Shown here piece after piece: positions 1 to 9,201 of a stretch of DNA of 64,000 bases. Location of the stretch: contig JAHQJS010000005.1 of NCBI GenBank assembly GCA_019057385.1, positions 379,130 through 443,129 on the forward strand, read 5' to 3'. Source of the stretch: Candidatus Borrarchaeum weybense (GTDB lineage: Archaea; Asgardarchaeota; Sifarchaeia; Borrarchaeales; Borrarchaeaceae). Position numbers and translations under genes: made by a program. How positions within the stretch are numbered: the first letter of the stretch is position 1; each line of letters opens with the position of its first letter. The notes under the pieces were generated by a model, which worked only from the letters and a program-made list of their open reading frames with translations, searched no databases and was not told where the DNA came from.

Positions 1-192
1 TCCTTAGAGTTTTCATATTTTATAAAAAGCCATTTTCACTTACGTGAAATTTTTATTTCAGGCAATTCACTGAGACAGAACAAGAAAAATGAATAATATG
101 GTGCTAAAAATAGCTGATATACTCTGGAAAAAGGATAATTAGAAAGAATGACTTTCTAATCATCTTGTAACTATTCTTATGAGACTAATTCA

Positions 193-327
193 TTAAGGGA
201 GTAGATTTCCTAACGCAGGTCCTAAGACTGGAACGGAAAATACTTGAAAGTATTCTAAGGCAAATACCACAGCTACTACTATTACAATTAACGCTATGAT
301 ACCTCCAACGACTTTTCCTTTACCCAT
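193..327 (-). CDS. small single-pass membrane protein (44 aa)
   Basis: ATG at 327 preceded by GGTGA SD; basic N-terminus then hydrophobic helix (VVGGIIALIVIVVAVVFAL). Confidence 0.6.
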   Translation of the reverse strand: MGKGKVVGGIIALIVIVVAVVFALEYFQVFSVPVLGPALGNLLP

Positions 328-611
328 TTTTTCTTCACCAACCTTGATACTTAATCGAATTTTGCATGTTTTGATTTTAGACAAAAGCAAACAGCACTAC
401 TTCCAATATTAGTATTCAATACTCCGATAAAAATTCTCTGCAAAAAAAATAAATATATATTTGCGAATATTTTAAGGGTAGTTGCAAAATATAGTACTTT
501 ACATTTTCACAGGATTAAATTTCTCAAAAAACAGTCATTCACTCTTCTTCTTTCTTAATAGACTTTAGATTTTGTAATCTCTGGATTCTACACATTTACA
601 AAAAAATTGGA

Positions 612-693
612 GGGGGATATACGTCCAATATTCCTAAAAGGATATCGAGAGGTATAATGCCCGAAAAAGAATGGCTTCGGATGTGTCTCCCCC
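612..693 (+). ncRNA. candidate structured RNA (long closing stem enclosing two short hairpins)
   Basis: GGGGGATATACGTCC (612-626) pairs 14/15 with GGATGTGTCTCCCCC (679-693), using G-U pairs on the + strand; GC-rich island in an AT-rich intergenic region. Confidence 0.3.
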
Positions 694-831
694 ATTGGTA
701 TATTTTCTTCCTTTTAGAATTTGCATCTTAGAAGTTTTTGTCCACAAAATCGTCAATCGAGTTCGTTAAGGAAGTTTATAAAAAAAAAATGGGTGGTGTA
801 AGATTCTAAAAGCAACAAGGCTAACCGTTTA

Positions 832-1341
832 CTATTTCTTGAACTTGTAGAGAAATTCGCAGTACTCATCTCCCCACTCTGGGCATTTTGTTAACTTAAA
901 GTCTATTTTAGGATTAACTGCCTTGAATCCTTCTTTCACAAATGTGGCACAAGGTTCGCCGCAAACTTTAAAGGCATCAAGAACATTATATTCTTTAGCC
1001 CTCTCCCAGAGCGCACATTTATATGTTCTCCTCACAGCTCTTTCTGGTGTTGACTCAACAATTTCAGATGTGTATTCAGGACCGAGGGCAACTTTGCCAA
1101 CGACAAGGGATAATCTAGCAGCCCCTGCTGCATCTTCTACTGGTATGTTGTATTTTTGCTGAATCATTGGATGAAGCGCCGCACCGCCTCCACCCCACAT
1201 TCCATTTAAAATCTCTATGACTTTTTCTTTACCCAAGGCACCCACAAGTTGCGCCATTAAACCCATTGCTGATCCACTGAAAACATTAGTGGCGAATGCC
1301 CATTTATCTTCAACTGGGACTTTATCAGCTATCTCAGCCAT
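832..1341 (-). CDS. V4R/ATC-hydrolase-like Cys-containing protein (divergent paralog 1)
   Basis: KCALW...C...VNPK...WGDEYCEF motifs shared with other copies; start MAEIAD after purine-rich SD. Confidence 0.75.
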   Translation of the reverse strand: MAEIADKVPVEDKWAFATNVFSGSAMGLMAQLVGALGKEKVIEILNGMWGGGGAALHPMIQQKYNIPVEDAAGAARLSLVVGKVALGPEYTSEIVESTPERAVRRTYKCALWERAKEYNVLDAFKVCGEPCATFVKEGFKAVNPKIDFKLTKCPEWGDEYCEFLYKFKK

Positions 1342-1395
1342 TTTCCATCCTCTCCTCAATTTGGGTACTTATAGTGCGCCCCTCCTCGGCGCTTA
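1342..1395 (-). promoter_or_regulatory. conserved leader element, copy A
   Basis: TAAGCGCCGAGGAGGGGCGCACTATAAGTACCCAAATTGAGGAGAGGATGGAAA-ATG. Confidence 0.7.
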
Positions 1396-1480
1396 GGGTG
1401 TAAAGAGTCACTTTAATGAGAGTCCTTCAAGTTCACTCTTTCAATAGTGACTCCTGTTCATTTGACTGAACTTACCCTAG

Positions 1481-1531
1481 GACTTGTCATATGACAATTA
1501 AAAAATTAAAATTGCCATTAAATGACAAGTC
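1481..1531. promoter_or_regulatory. nested inverted repeat, putative operator
   Basis: GACTTGTCAT...ATGACAAGTC perfect 10-bp IR; contains TTGTCATATGACAA palindrome and TTGCCAT-TAA-ATGACAA. Confidence 0.5.
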
Positions 1532-1692
1532 AAAAATATATTTATAGCAAGTTCTATATATAGTTTTTGCAAATTAATACTTTACAAATATCTAGTTTAT
1601 GCTACATATAAGTAACGGCGTGAAAGACTTTCATAACTACAAGGAAAATCGAAATTGTCTCCCTCCATCACCCCCTAAAATAGGATTTATTT

Positions 1693-2673
1693 TCATTCTT
1701 CTAATTTTACGACGCATTCACAATAGGGATCTCCAGCACACATACAAGTAATCATTTCCCATGTAGCGTTTGGATTTATGGTACTACCAATGACATGATC
1801 GAAGCGATTGCACCAATCACTGATATCCTTATATTCTGTTTGAAACGGACACTTAATAATTCTCCATCTGTTGATTGTTTTCGATCGCTCAAGTATATTG
1901 GTATCCTGACCTGCGAGTTCATGCCAGATGTCCCAGCACTTCCCAATTGTTTCGCAATCATTGCCTTCTAGTTTGAAGATGGTTCGAATTGTATTGGCAA
2001 TATTCTTGATTCTATCACCCATTTCGTTGAACGTTTCATACATTCTAATTGCTTCTAACGCACCATATTTCTCGCGTAGCGCATATAACCAACTTTTATG
2101 GTTAGATGTCCAACCTTTCATAGCAAAATTGTATTTTAGTTCCCATGGTATCTTCATTTTCTTAACCGTAGTCTTCACAGTTACCTCATTCGATGTTTTC
2201 TCTTGTAACCTCCAAACGTATTCGCAATAGGGATCTCCGGCACACATTCCTTTAGGGCGTTCGAGGATAACCTTTGAATTAACAATCTTTCCCATAATAT
2301 CGAAGAAGGATAAGGACCAGTCGCTGATATCTTCGTATCCTGTTTCAAGTGGACACTTGGTGACCTTTCTTCTATTGATTATTTTGGATCGCTTAAGCAA
2401 ACCAGCTTCAGTCCCAGTTAGCTCATCCCAGATGTCAAGTATTTCTCCAATCGTTTCGCAATCGTTGCCTTTAAGGTTGAAGATGGTTAGAATAGCATTT
2501 GCAAAATTCTTTACTCTTTCATCAATTTTTTGAGCCCTCTCAAAAAGATCAAGAGCTGCTGCTGGACCATATTTCTTCCGGTTAGCATATAAGTATCCTC
2601 GATGGCTGGATGCCCAACCTCTCATTGCCCAGTCATGTTTTAGTTCCCAGGGTATCGCTAGTTTCTTAGCCAA
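1693..2673 (-). CDS. tandem two-domain V4R/ATC-hydrolase-like protein (paralog 2)
   Basis: two copies of IPWELK...KCP...DISDW...MCAGDPYCE. Confidence 0.8.
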   Translation of the reverse strand: MAKKLAIPWELKHDWAMRGWASSHRGYLYANRKKYGPAAALDLFERAQKIDERVKNFANAILTIFNLKGNDCETIGEILDIWDELTGTEAGLLKRSKIINRRKVTKCPLETGYEDISDWSLSFFDIMGKIVNSKVILERPKGMCAGDPYCEYVWRLQEKTSNEVTVKTTVKKMKIPWELKYNFAMKGWTSNHKSWLYALREKYGALEAIRMYETFNEMGDRIKNIANTIRTIFKLEGNDCETIGKCWDIWHELAGQDTNILERSKTINRWRIIKCPFQTEYKDISDWCNRFDHVIGSTINPNATWEMITCMCAGDPYCECVVKLEE

Positions 2674-2965
2674 ACTCTCACACGCTCCCCAAAGCAGATT
2701 TCATTTTAAGAACTTCACTCAAGGCTTAAATAATGATGAACTCAAAAAATACGTTTATTATACAGAGTTCTCCCCAATTCCTCGTTACAATAACGCACTT
2801 CAGGTCACAGGATTTCATATGAATTATTCTTTTGATAAAAATATGTATGTGTCATTCGTACATTTATATTTTAAGATTTGTATTATTTTATGATTTAAAA
2901 AAAGTCAACGATAAGTCTACTTCAATGAGTAAATAAAGGGAATACGAAACGGAATTTCAAAAAAT

Positions 2966-3514
2966 TTAGACTTCCTTAAACTCAATGATTGCTTCGCAGT
3001 ATGGGTCTCCCCATGTCAATGTCTTCACGAGCTTATAAGTTAACTTAGGATTAACTGCCCTTAGTCCCTCTTCGCACCATGCTTGATGCCCTGCAGGACA
3101 AACCCAAAGTTCTGGATCTATATGACGCTCATTATATCTTTCCGACCATGGACACTTTGTCCTTCTTAGTACAGCTCTTTTTGGGTTTGCCTCGACTAGT
3201 TCAAACTTGTACTCGGGTCCACCCATTAAGGTTACAGCAACGATGAGCAATTTAACCGCACCTATAGCATCATCAGCAGGTATGTTGAATCTTTCCTTAA
3301 CCATTGGAAAAACTCTCTGTGCTCCTCTACCCATTATCTTTGCTTGAATCTCATTATATTTTTCATAACCCATAACAGGCGAGATGATACCTTCCCCTTC
3401 TCCCAAAAGAGGTGCTGTAGTTTTCGATCCTCTCAACATTGTGAATCCAGTAAGAGTTTTTGCCGTTATTTCCCAACATTTCTGAGTCGGGATCTTCTTC
3501 AGTAGTTCTGCCAT
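2966..3514 (-). CDS. V4R/ATC-hydrolase-like protein (divergent paralog 3)
   Basis: TKCPW...VC...VNPK...WGDPYCE; closest to paralog 1. Confidence 0.75.
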   Translation of the reverse strand: MAELLKKIPTQKCWEITAKTLTGFTMLRGSKTTAPLLGEGEGIISPVMGYEKYNEIQAKIMGRGAQRVFPMVKERFNIPADDAIGAVKLLIVAVTLMGGPEYKFELVEANPKRAVLRRTKCPWSERYNERHIDPELWVCPAGHQAWCEEGLRAVNPKLTYKLVKTLTWGDPYCEAIIEFKEV

Positions 3515-3794
3515 CCCCTATCACTTTTTTAGAAACTATGATTTGTTATATATTCTGATATCAAATATATAATGTCTCTTCTATTCACTCTATTGGCACG
3601 GCCTAAAGAAAAATGCCATGTCGAATAGGTTGTTATATAAATGTGGAGGTTCTAGGCTCACTGAGGCAATAGAAATCGAAACCAAATACGGCTAGAACAA
3701 CTTAACCAAAAATTTAAAAATTCTAACAAAATGGATACTCTTAAATCTTGCTTGTACCTCAATGCAAAGATGTGTACAAAAAATACTAAAAAAT

Positions 3795-3969
3795 GGGCCC
3801 GTGGCTCAATCTTCGTAACATTCTATGTGTACGAAGAGGCGAAGCTTGGTTAGAGCGCACGGCTGATAACCGTGAGATCATGTCCCCATAATGCGGGATG
3901 TTAGCGGATGTCGTGGGTTCGAATGATAGAAGTCCGGTGCTTCATCCGAAATTCCCACCGGGCCCACCA
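3795..3969 (+). tRNA. trnI: tRNA-Ile(GAT) with three non-canonical introns (~3809-3843, ~3877-3909, 3924-3952), encoded CCA
   Basis: removing three hairpin inserts gives GGGCCCGTGGCTCAGCTTGGTTAGAGCGCACGGCT-GAT-AACCGTGAGGTCGTGGGTTCGAATCCCACCGGGCCCACCA, a complete cloverleaf; anticodon 3865-3867. Confidence 0.9.
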
Positions 3970-3998
3970 CTTATTTTCAAGAGATTTATGATTATTAT

Positions 3999-4523
3999 CT
4001 ATTTTCCTTTCATCTTAAAAAAAAGCCAATTCACATCTCTTTTTTCGCCTTTTCTTGGCTTCAGTTTGATAAGAACATATCCACCTCTAAGCTTGTCTCC
4101 ACTAATATTAACTTCTATCTTTGTATCAGTTTTTTTAATTAACTTAAAACTCCCCCTATCCCATATCTCAACGCTACCCGCTCCATATTCGCCTTCGGGG
4201 ATGATTCCACTAAAAGTCGCATACTCTATTGGATGATCCTCAGTTTGAACAGCGAGTCGTTTAACCCCTGTGTTCAGAGGTGGTTCTTTTGGGATTGCCC
4301 AGCTTTTTAATACACCGTCAAATTCCAAACGGAAATCGTAATGTAAATGGCTTGCATCATGCTTTTGAATTACATAAATTGGCTCATCGTTTTCCCTTTT
4401 TTCAACAGGTTTAGGCGGTGGCTCTGAAGTCTTCTTAAAATCTCTTTTCTCTAGATATTTATCCAATGGTTTGGTGGTCTTTTTTTTGAACCCTTCTTCT
4501 TCTAGATATTTATCCAGTGTCAT
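3999..4523 (-). CDS. stand-alone LigD-type 3'-phosphoesterase (PE domain)
   Basis: [46 protein letters not shown] motifs. Confidence 0.92.
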   Translation of the reverse strand: MTLDKYLEEEGFKKKTTKPLDKYLEKRDFKKTSEPPPKPVEKRENDEPIYVIQKHDASHLHYDFRLEFDGVLKSWAIPKEPPLNTGVKRLAVQTEDHPIEYATFSGIIPEGEYGAGSVEIWDRGSFKLIKKTDTKIEVNISGDKLRGGYVLIKLKPRKGEKRDVNWLFFKMKGK

Positions 4524-4560
4524 TCCTATCCCCTAATCCCTGCAAGTACGTCCCTATAAA

Positions 4561-5208
4561 CTAAATATTTGCGGAGGGACATAGTTCTCGCACAACACAC
4601 TTATTATGTTCTGGCTTTTTTGCATGACAAATCTTTCTCCCGTGATCTATAATCATATATGTAAATTGAAACCACTCTTTTTTTGGAATAATTGCCATTA
4701 AATCTTGCTCTATCTTGTCGGGGTTTTTGTTTTTCGTCAGCCCCAACCTTTGCGAAAGTCTCTTTACATGTGTATCGACTGCAATCCCTTCAATTTTTCC
4801 AAAAGCATTTGAAATCACTATATTAGCAGTTTTCCGAGCCACACCTGGTAAAGATATTAGCCCCTCCATAGTATCAGGAACGTTTCCATCAAACTTTTCT
4901 ATTATGAGTTTACATGCCTCTTGAAGATATTTTGCCTTATTGCGATAGAATCCGGTCGGACGTATATCGTTTTCAAGCTCGGTTCGATCCGCCTCAGCAT
5001 AATCACGTGCTGTTTTATATTTTTTAAATAAATCTTTTGTAACTTCATTCACTTTAACATCTGTAGCTTGGGTGGAGAGAATCGTTGCGATTAACATTTC
5101 TAGAGGATTTGAGAAGTTTAGAGCGACAGTTGGCTTGGGATATTCTTTCTTCAATAATTTTAGGATTTCCTTAATCCTTTCGTTCTCATCCATGTCCTTC
5201 ATCTTCAT
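4561..5208 (-). CDS. nth: endonuclease III
   Basis: HhH LPGVARKTAN, IAVDTHV, C-terminal Fe-S motif (one Cys replaced by His). Confidence 0.95.
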   Translation of the reverse strand: MKMKDMDENERIKEILKLLKKEYPKPTVALNFSNPLEMLIATILSTQATDVKVNEVTKDLFKKYKTARDYAEADRTELENDIRPTGFYRNKAKYLQEACKLIIEKFDGNVPDTMEGLISLPGVARKTANIVISNAFGKIEGIAVDTHVKRLSQRLGLTKNKNPDKIEQDLMAIIPKKEWFQFTYMIIDHGRKICHAKKPEHNKCVVRELCPSANI

Positions 5209-5354
5209 CTCCTCTTTAAATATGAAGTAAAAACAACTATTTAGGTCGGATTATATCAGCTAAATAGGATAAAATCATTGTGTAATGTATATAGAGAGTA
5301 CTATTGTATAAGCCAAAAATAATGATGTGAATAAAATATTTTTGAAAAAAATTG

Positions 5355-5507
5355 CTATTTTTTGTGTTTTTCCTCGAAAGTATCTGCACAACTTGCACAG
5401 CAAAATACGTATTCTTCTCCATCGATTACTCTCTTTTCATTAGCAAACACGCACTTTTCATCATCCATCTCGACTCCACAATCTCCGCATCGAATAAATT
5501 TCACCAT
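5355..5507 (-). CDS. 50-aa TRASH/YHS-like metal-binding protein (not in ORF track)
   Basis: MVKFIRCGDCGVEMDDEKCVFANEKRVIDGEEYVFCCASCADTFEEKHKK*; GGAGG SD upstream. Confidence 0.75.
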   Translation of the reverse strand: MVKFIRCGDCGVEMDDEKCVFANEKRVIDGEEYVFCCASCADTFEEKHKK

Positions 5508-5862
5508 TAAAAAGCCTCCAATCTTCTTGATTCCTAGGTTTATTTATCGCTCTATACTGTTTTCGCATTTTTATTTGTAAAGTTATAGGCATAAAAAATT
5601 AAAACTCATCATTCAATAGCAGATTTGTTGCTTAATTAGCTCATCTTTTCAGCGATTGTTAGTCAAAGAATATTTCAGTTTGCAATATTGAAAACAAATA
5701 TTTGCAGTGTGCTGTATAGATTATTACAAAATTTAAAAGCATTGAAATTCTCTAGACTTGTGGACTGACTTGCAGTAGGGTTTTCCCTATGTAGTTCCTT
5801 CGTGAGCTTGCAAGTAAGCTTAAGATTACATATCTTGAGAAAAAATTTTCAAAGTGCAAGGT

Positions 5863-6366
5863 TTACTCTTCAATTTTGAATATATATTCACAATGGGGAC
5901 CCCCAGCACACATTCCTTTTGGTCGTTCAACAATTGCCTTTGGATTGATAGTTTTGGCAACAATTTTACACCAGATTAAGCCCCAATCGCTGATATCTTT
6001 GAAAGCTGTTTGCCATGGACACTTCGTAATTCTTGTTCTATCAATTGTTTTAGATCGCTCAAGTATAGTACCTTCCTTTCCCGTGAGCTCCCACCATAAG
6101 TTCCAAACCTTCCCTATCGTTTCAGCATCGTTTCCCTTGAGCTTGAAAATTTTTAGAAGTGTTTTTGTTAAATTCTTTATTCTGTCATCCATGGTGCAAA
6201 GTTTTTCGTAAAGTCTGAGCGCTGTATCCGCACCAAATTCCTCACGAATCACATAAAAGAATCCTTTAAGGCAGTTTGCATATCCTCTCATTGCAAAGTC
6301 ATATTTGAATTCCCAAGGTAGCCCTCTCTTTGCCGTCGGATAAGAGGGGTCCTGTTTCTTAGCCAA
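5863..6366 (-). CDS. V4R/ATC-hydrolase-like protein (paralog 4)
   Basis: KRGLPWEFKY...TKCPW...INPK...MCAGGPHCEY. Confidence 0.8.
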   Translation of the reverse strand: MAKKQDPSYPTAKRGLPWEFKYDFAMRGYANCLKGFFYVIREEFGADTALRLYEKLCTMDDRIKNLTKTLLKIFKLKGNDAETIGKVWNLWWELTGKEGTILERSKTIDRTRITKCPWQTAFKDISDWGLIWCKIVAKTINPKAIVERPKGMCAGGPHCEYIFKIEE

Positions 6367-6422
6367 ACTCCCATCCTCTCCTTAAGCTGGGTATTTAGTA
6401 TGGCGCCCCTCCTTGGCGCTTA
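6367..6422 (-). promoter_or_regulatory. conserved leader element, copy B
   Basis: TAAGCGCCAAGGAGGGGCGCCATACTAAATACCCAGCTTAAGGAGAGGATGGGAGT-TTG. Confidence 0.7.
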
Positions 6423-6494
6423 GAAGGAAGAACTCTAGAAGTTACGATTCATCTTGATAGGATCTCTTGAGAGTGTGCGTTTGAGATGCAAGCA

Positions 6495-7001
6495 TCACTC
6501 TTCTATTTTCCAAACAAATTCACAATGCGGATCCCCAGCACACATTAATTTAATTGGTTCAAAAGCAACCTTAGGAGTTACGGTCTTACCAACAATAATA
6601 TTGAAGCTGTTGCACCAACCGCTGAGATCCTTGGGCTCTGTTTTCCACGGGCATTTAGTATATTTAATTCTATTGACGGTTTCAGATCGCTCAAGTATAA
6701 CACCCTCCTGTCCACAGACCTCACCCCAAACGTCAAACACCGCCCCTATTGTTTCGGCATCGTCTCCATCTATCTTAAATATTTCTAGAATGGGTTTTAC
6801 AAAACCTTCCTTTACTCTATCACTCATATTGTCAATCCTTTCTTTTATTCTGACAGCTGCGTCTGCACCGTATTCCTCACGGATAGCGTATAAGAATGCT
6901 CTGAGTATGTTTGCATATCCTCTTATTGCCCAGTCGTATTTGAATTCACACGGTAACCCTCTCTTGGGCATCGGACAGGGGGTATCCCATTTCTTAACCA
7001 T
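6495..7001 (-). CDS. V4R/ATC-hydrolase-like protein (paralog 5)
   Basis: KRGLPCEFKY...TKCPW...GWC...MCAGDPHCEF. Confidence 0.8.
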   Translation of the reverse strand: MVKKWDTPCPMPKRGLPCEFKYDWAIRGYANILRAFLYAIREEYGADAAVRIKERIDNMSDRVKEGFVKPILEIFKIDGDDAETIGAVFDVWGEVCGQEGVILERSETVNRIKYTKCPWKTEPKDLSGWCNSFNIIVGKTVTPKVAFEPIKLMCAGDPHCEFVWKIEE

Positions 7002-7057
7002 ACTTCCTCCTCTCCCTTAATTTGAGTGTTGGCTATAGCGTTTCTCCTCGGCACATA
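7002..7057 (-). promoter_or_regulatory. conserved leader element, degenerate copy C
   Basis: TATGTGCCGAGGAGAAACGCTATAGCCAACACTCAAATTAAGGGAGAGGAGGAAGT-ATG. Confidence 0.55.
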
Positions 7058-7293
7058 AAAGGAAAAATTCTAGACGCATCTAACTGAACTAGAACTCTCC
7101 TTAATCTCTCTCATGATTGCGATACTCTAGTTCTTAGGTATTATAGATACCTATTCTAAGACGAATCTATATATCTTCAATTCTTTCTTTTATACGTTTC
7201 ATCTTGTCGTTGCTATTTTCTGAAATTTAACTAAAATTATCTCCCCCACAATCCACACTGATATTTGCAAATCATTCACAATCAGATATTAGA

Positions 7294-7331
7294 GTGAACT
7301 ACTCCGCCCTTTCGGAAGGAGTCTTCTCGCC
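7294..7331. mobile_element. IS200/IS605 end-like mini hairpin
   Basis: GTGAACTACTCCGCCCTTTCGGAAGGAGTCTTC resembles ends at 13327 and 58658; flanked by GATATTAGA direct repeats. Confidence 0.45.
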
Positions 7332-7350
7332 GATATTAGAATAAATCCAA

Positions 7351-8085
7351 TTAAGCATGAGCACAAAAAATCTCTACAAAATTATTGAAAACGGTTCTTT
7401 GTATTTCCACTTTATCTTGACTTTTCAACTGTGCGATCTTATCTACAAGGTCTACTACGTCTGCGGGTTCTCCTCTTTTTTTTCTATAGGCTACCGGCCC
7501 ATCGCTTTCGGTTAATATACGTGAGGTATCTATACGTTTCACAAAATTCTGTAATTTTGGTGAATAATGAAGTGCTGGGGTAAAGCTCATAAAGTATCCA
7601 TTATCTATTATTCGGGGTAGCAGGTTTTCTGGTCCTTGATACCAATGCAAAATCACATATTTTATATTAAACGACTCCAAAATGTTCAAAGTTTCATTTT
7701 CTGCACCTTTTGAATGTATAATTACGCTTGCTTCTTTTTCTTCAGCGATTCCTAATAACGCTTTAAAGACTTTAAGCTGAGGATCCCACTCATCCTCATT
7801 TTTAATAAAGTGGTGGTCTAAGCCTATCTCACCCATGATCCCCCTATAAGGGATAATCTCTCTGACTTTTTCAGTATCTTGAATACACTTCGAAGCGTTC
7901 CAAGGGTGAATACCGATTGCGGGAATTACAGTATCATATTGTTTAGCAATTTCTGTTGTCTTCTGGAAGGAAGGAATATCCATTGATACACCAATTATAT
8001 ATTCCACATTGGCGGCTTTTGCTCTTAGTAAGACTTCCAAGATATCTTCATATTCATGGAGATGACAATGATTATCTGCATACAT
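7351..8085 (-). CDS. tatD: TatD family hydrolase/DNase
   Basis: DNHCH, GIHPW, GEIGLD, IIHS, ILHW, ESDGP motifs. Confidence 0.92.
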   Translation of the reverse strand: MYADNHCHLHEYEDILEVLLRAKAANVEYIIGVSMDIPSFQKTTEIAKQYDTVIPAIGIHPWNASKCIQDTEKVREIIPYRGIMGEIGLDHHFIKNEDEWDPQLKVFKALLGIAEEKEASVIIHSKGAENETLNILESFNIKYVILHWYQGPENLLPRIIDNGYFMSFTPALHYSPKLQNFVKRIDTSRILTESDGPVAYRKKRGEPADVVDLVDKIAQLKSQDKVEIQRTVFNNFVEIFCAHA

Positions 8086-8243
8086 AGTAACCACTTCAGG
8101 TAAGGTTAAAGCGGACTTCTTATTCATCAATGTGTAGGGCTTGATTAAAAGTATATTAACAAGATTAACTATTTATTTAGGAATTAATTACGCTTTCTCT
8201 TGTCAGGCAGGTGAGCGGATTTAAAGGGAAAAAACAGTTTTAG

Positions 8244-9113
8244 TTGCTGAACCAAATGGTGTTCAAAAAAATTGAACGTTTGACTGCATTTATAATTCCT
8301 AACCAAGTCCGACAAGAAATTGAAGAGAAGGGTATTATTAGTTATGTTTTTTATCAAGCAAGAAGATTCTCGGAAATAATTTTCTCCAAATTGGTGGAAC
8401 AAAACATACCTTTGTTTTCCTGGGCAGATAATTGGATGTTCTCATTTTCTAAGGAGCGGTTGCAAGCATATATGGATATGGAAAAATGCTTGGAAGATAT
8501 ATTATCTACTTGTGAGTTTTATGAGGGATATTGGCACTACAAAAATATCCGTGCTTATCAAATACCAAGTGAAGTAAAAGCACTTCTAAAAGAGGTCAAA
8601 AAAAATGGTACTTCTATTATACTGGATATCGGGACGTTTGATGGCGGAACATTATACCTTTGGACAAGGTTTCTTGAAGGGCAGAAAATTATAACTATAG
8701 ATTTACCATTCCCATATGGCTATCCTTCAGCGAAGACGAAATTATTCAGATTTTTTGATCCCAATAAAGAATTGCATTTTTTACGTGGCTCGTCTTTTAG
8801 CAACGATATGGTTAATAAAATCGCTAATATCTTAAAAGATAATAAGATTGACTTTCTCTTTATTGATGGTGATCACAGTTACGAAGGTGTAAAAAAAGAT
8901 TTTGAGCGATATAAACCTCTTATTCGTGATGGGGGTATTATAGCCTTTCATGATATTGTGAGTAATAGGTACGGTGTTTCAAAATTCTGGAACGAAATTA
9001 AGCATAAGTATGTTTCAAAAGAAATAATTGCCCCAGTACATGAAATGCAGGCTTATGCACGGTCTAATATTGACAAACAGGGCTGGGGAGGGATAGGTGT
9101 TTTATATATCTGA
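8244..9113 (+). CDS. class I SAM-dependent methyltransferase (Methyltransf_24-like)
   Basis: LDIGT.DGG, DFLFIDGDHSYEGV, GGIIAFHD. Confidence 0.85.
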   Translation: MLNQMVFKKIERLTAFIIPNQVRQEIEEKGIISYVFYQARRFSEIIFSKLVEQNIPLFSWADNWMFSFSKERLQAYMDMEKCLEDILSTCEFYEGYWHYKNIRAYQIPSEVKALLKEVKKNGTSIILDIGTFDGGTLYLWTRFLEGQKIITIDLPFPYGYPSAKTKLFRFFDPNKELHFLRGSSFSNDMVNKIANILKDNKIDFLFIDGDHSYEGVKKDFERYKPLIRDGGIIAFHDIVSNRYGVSKFWNEIKHKYVSKEIIAPVHEMQAYARSNIDKQGWGGIGVLYI

Positions 9114-9201
9114 TTTCTCTCAATTAAAAAAGTAGATAGCAGTAAAAAAAGTTAAAAGAAACTCGCACTTTAGGAGAAGAGACTTCCCCTCTCCTTTACG
9201 A

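Noticed and set aside
3898-4236. 112-aa ORF on the + strand
   Set aside because: overlaps the intron-containing tRNA-Ile and is antisense to the PE gene
5770-5822. short palindromes TAGGG-TTTT-CCCTA and AGCTTGC..AAGCT
   Set aside because: short, single copy; cannot be distinguished from a terminator or chance
6454-7020. long antisense ORFs over the V4R-like genes (also 1928-2230, 5876-6211, 14700-14939, 15126-15389)
   Set aside because: they recur only because the sense paralogs are conserved; typical shadow frames
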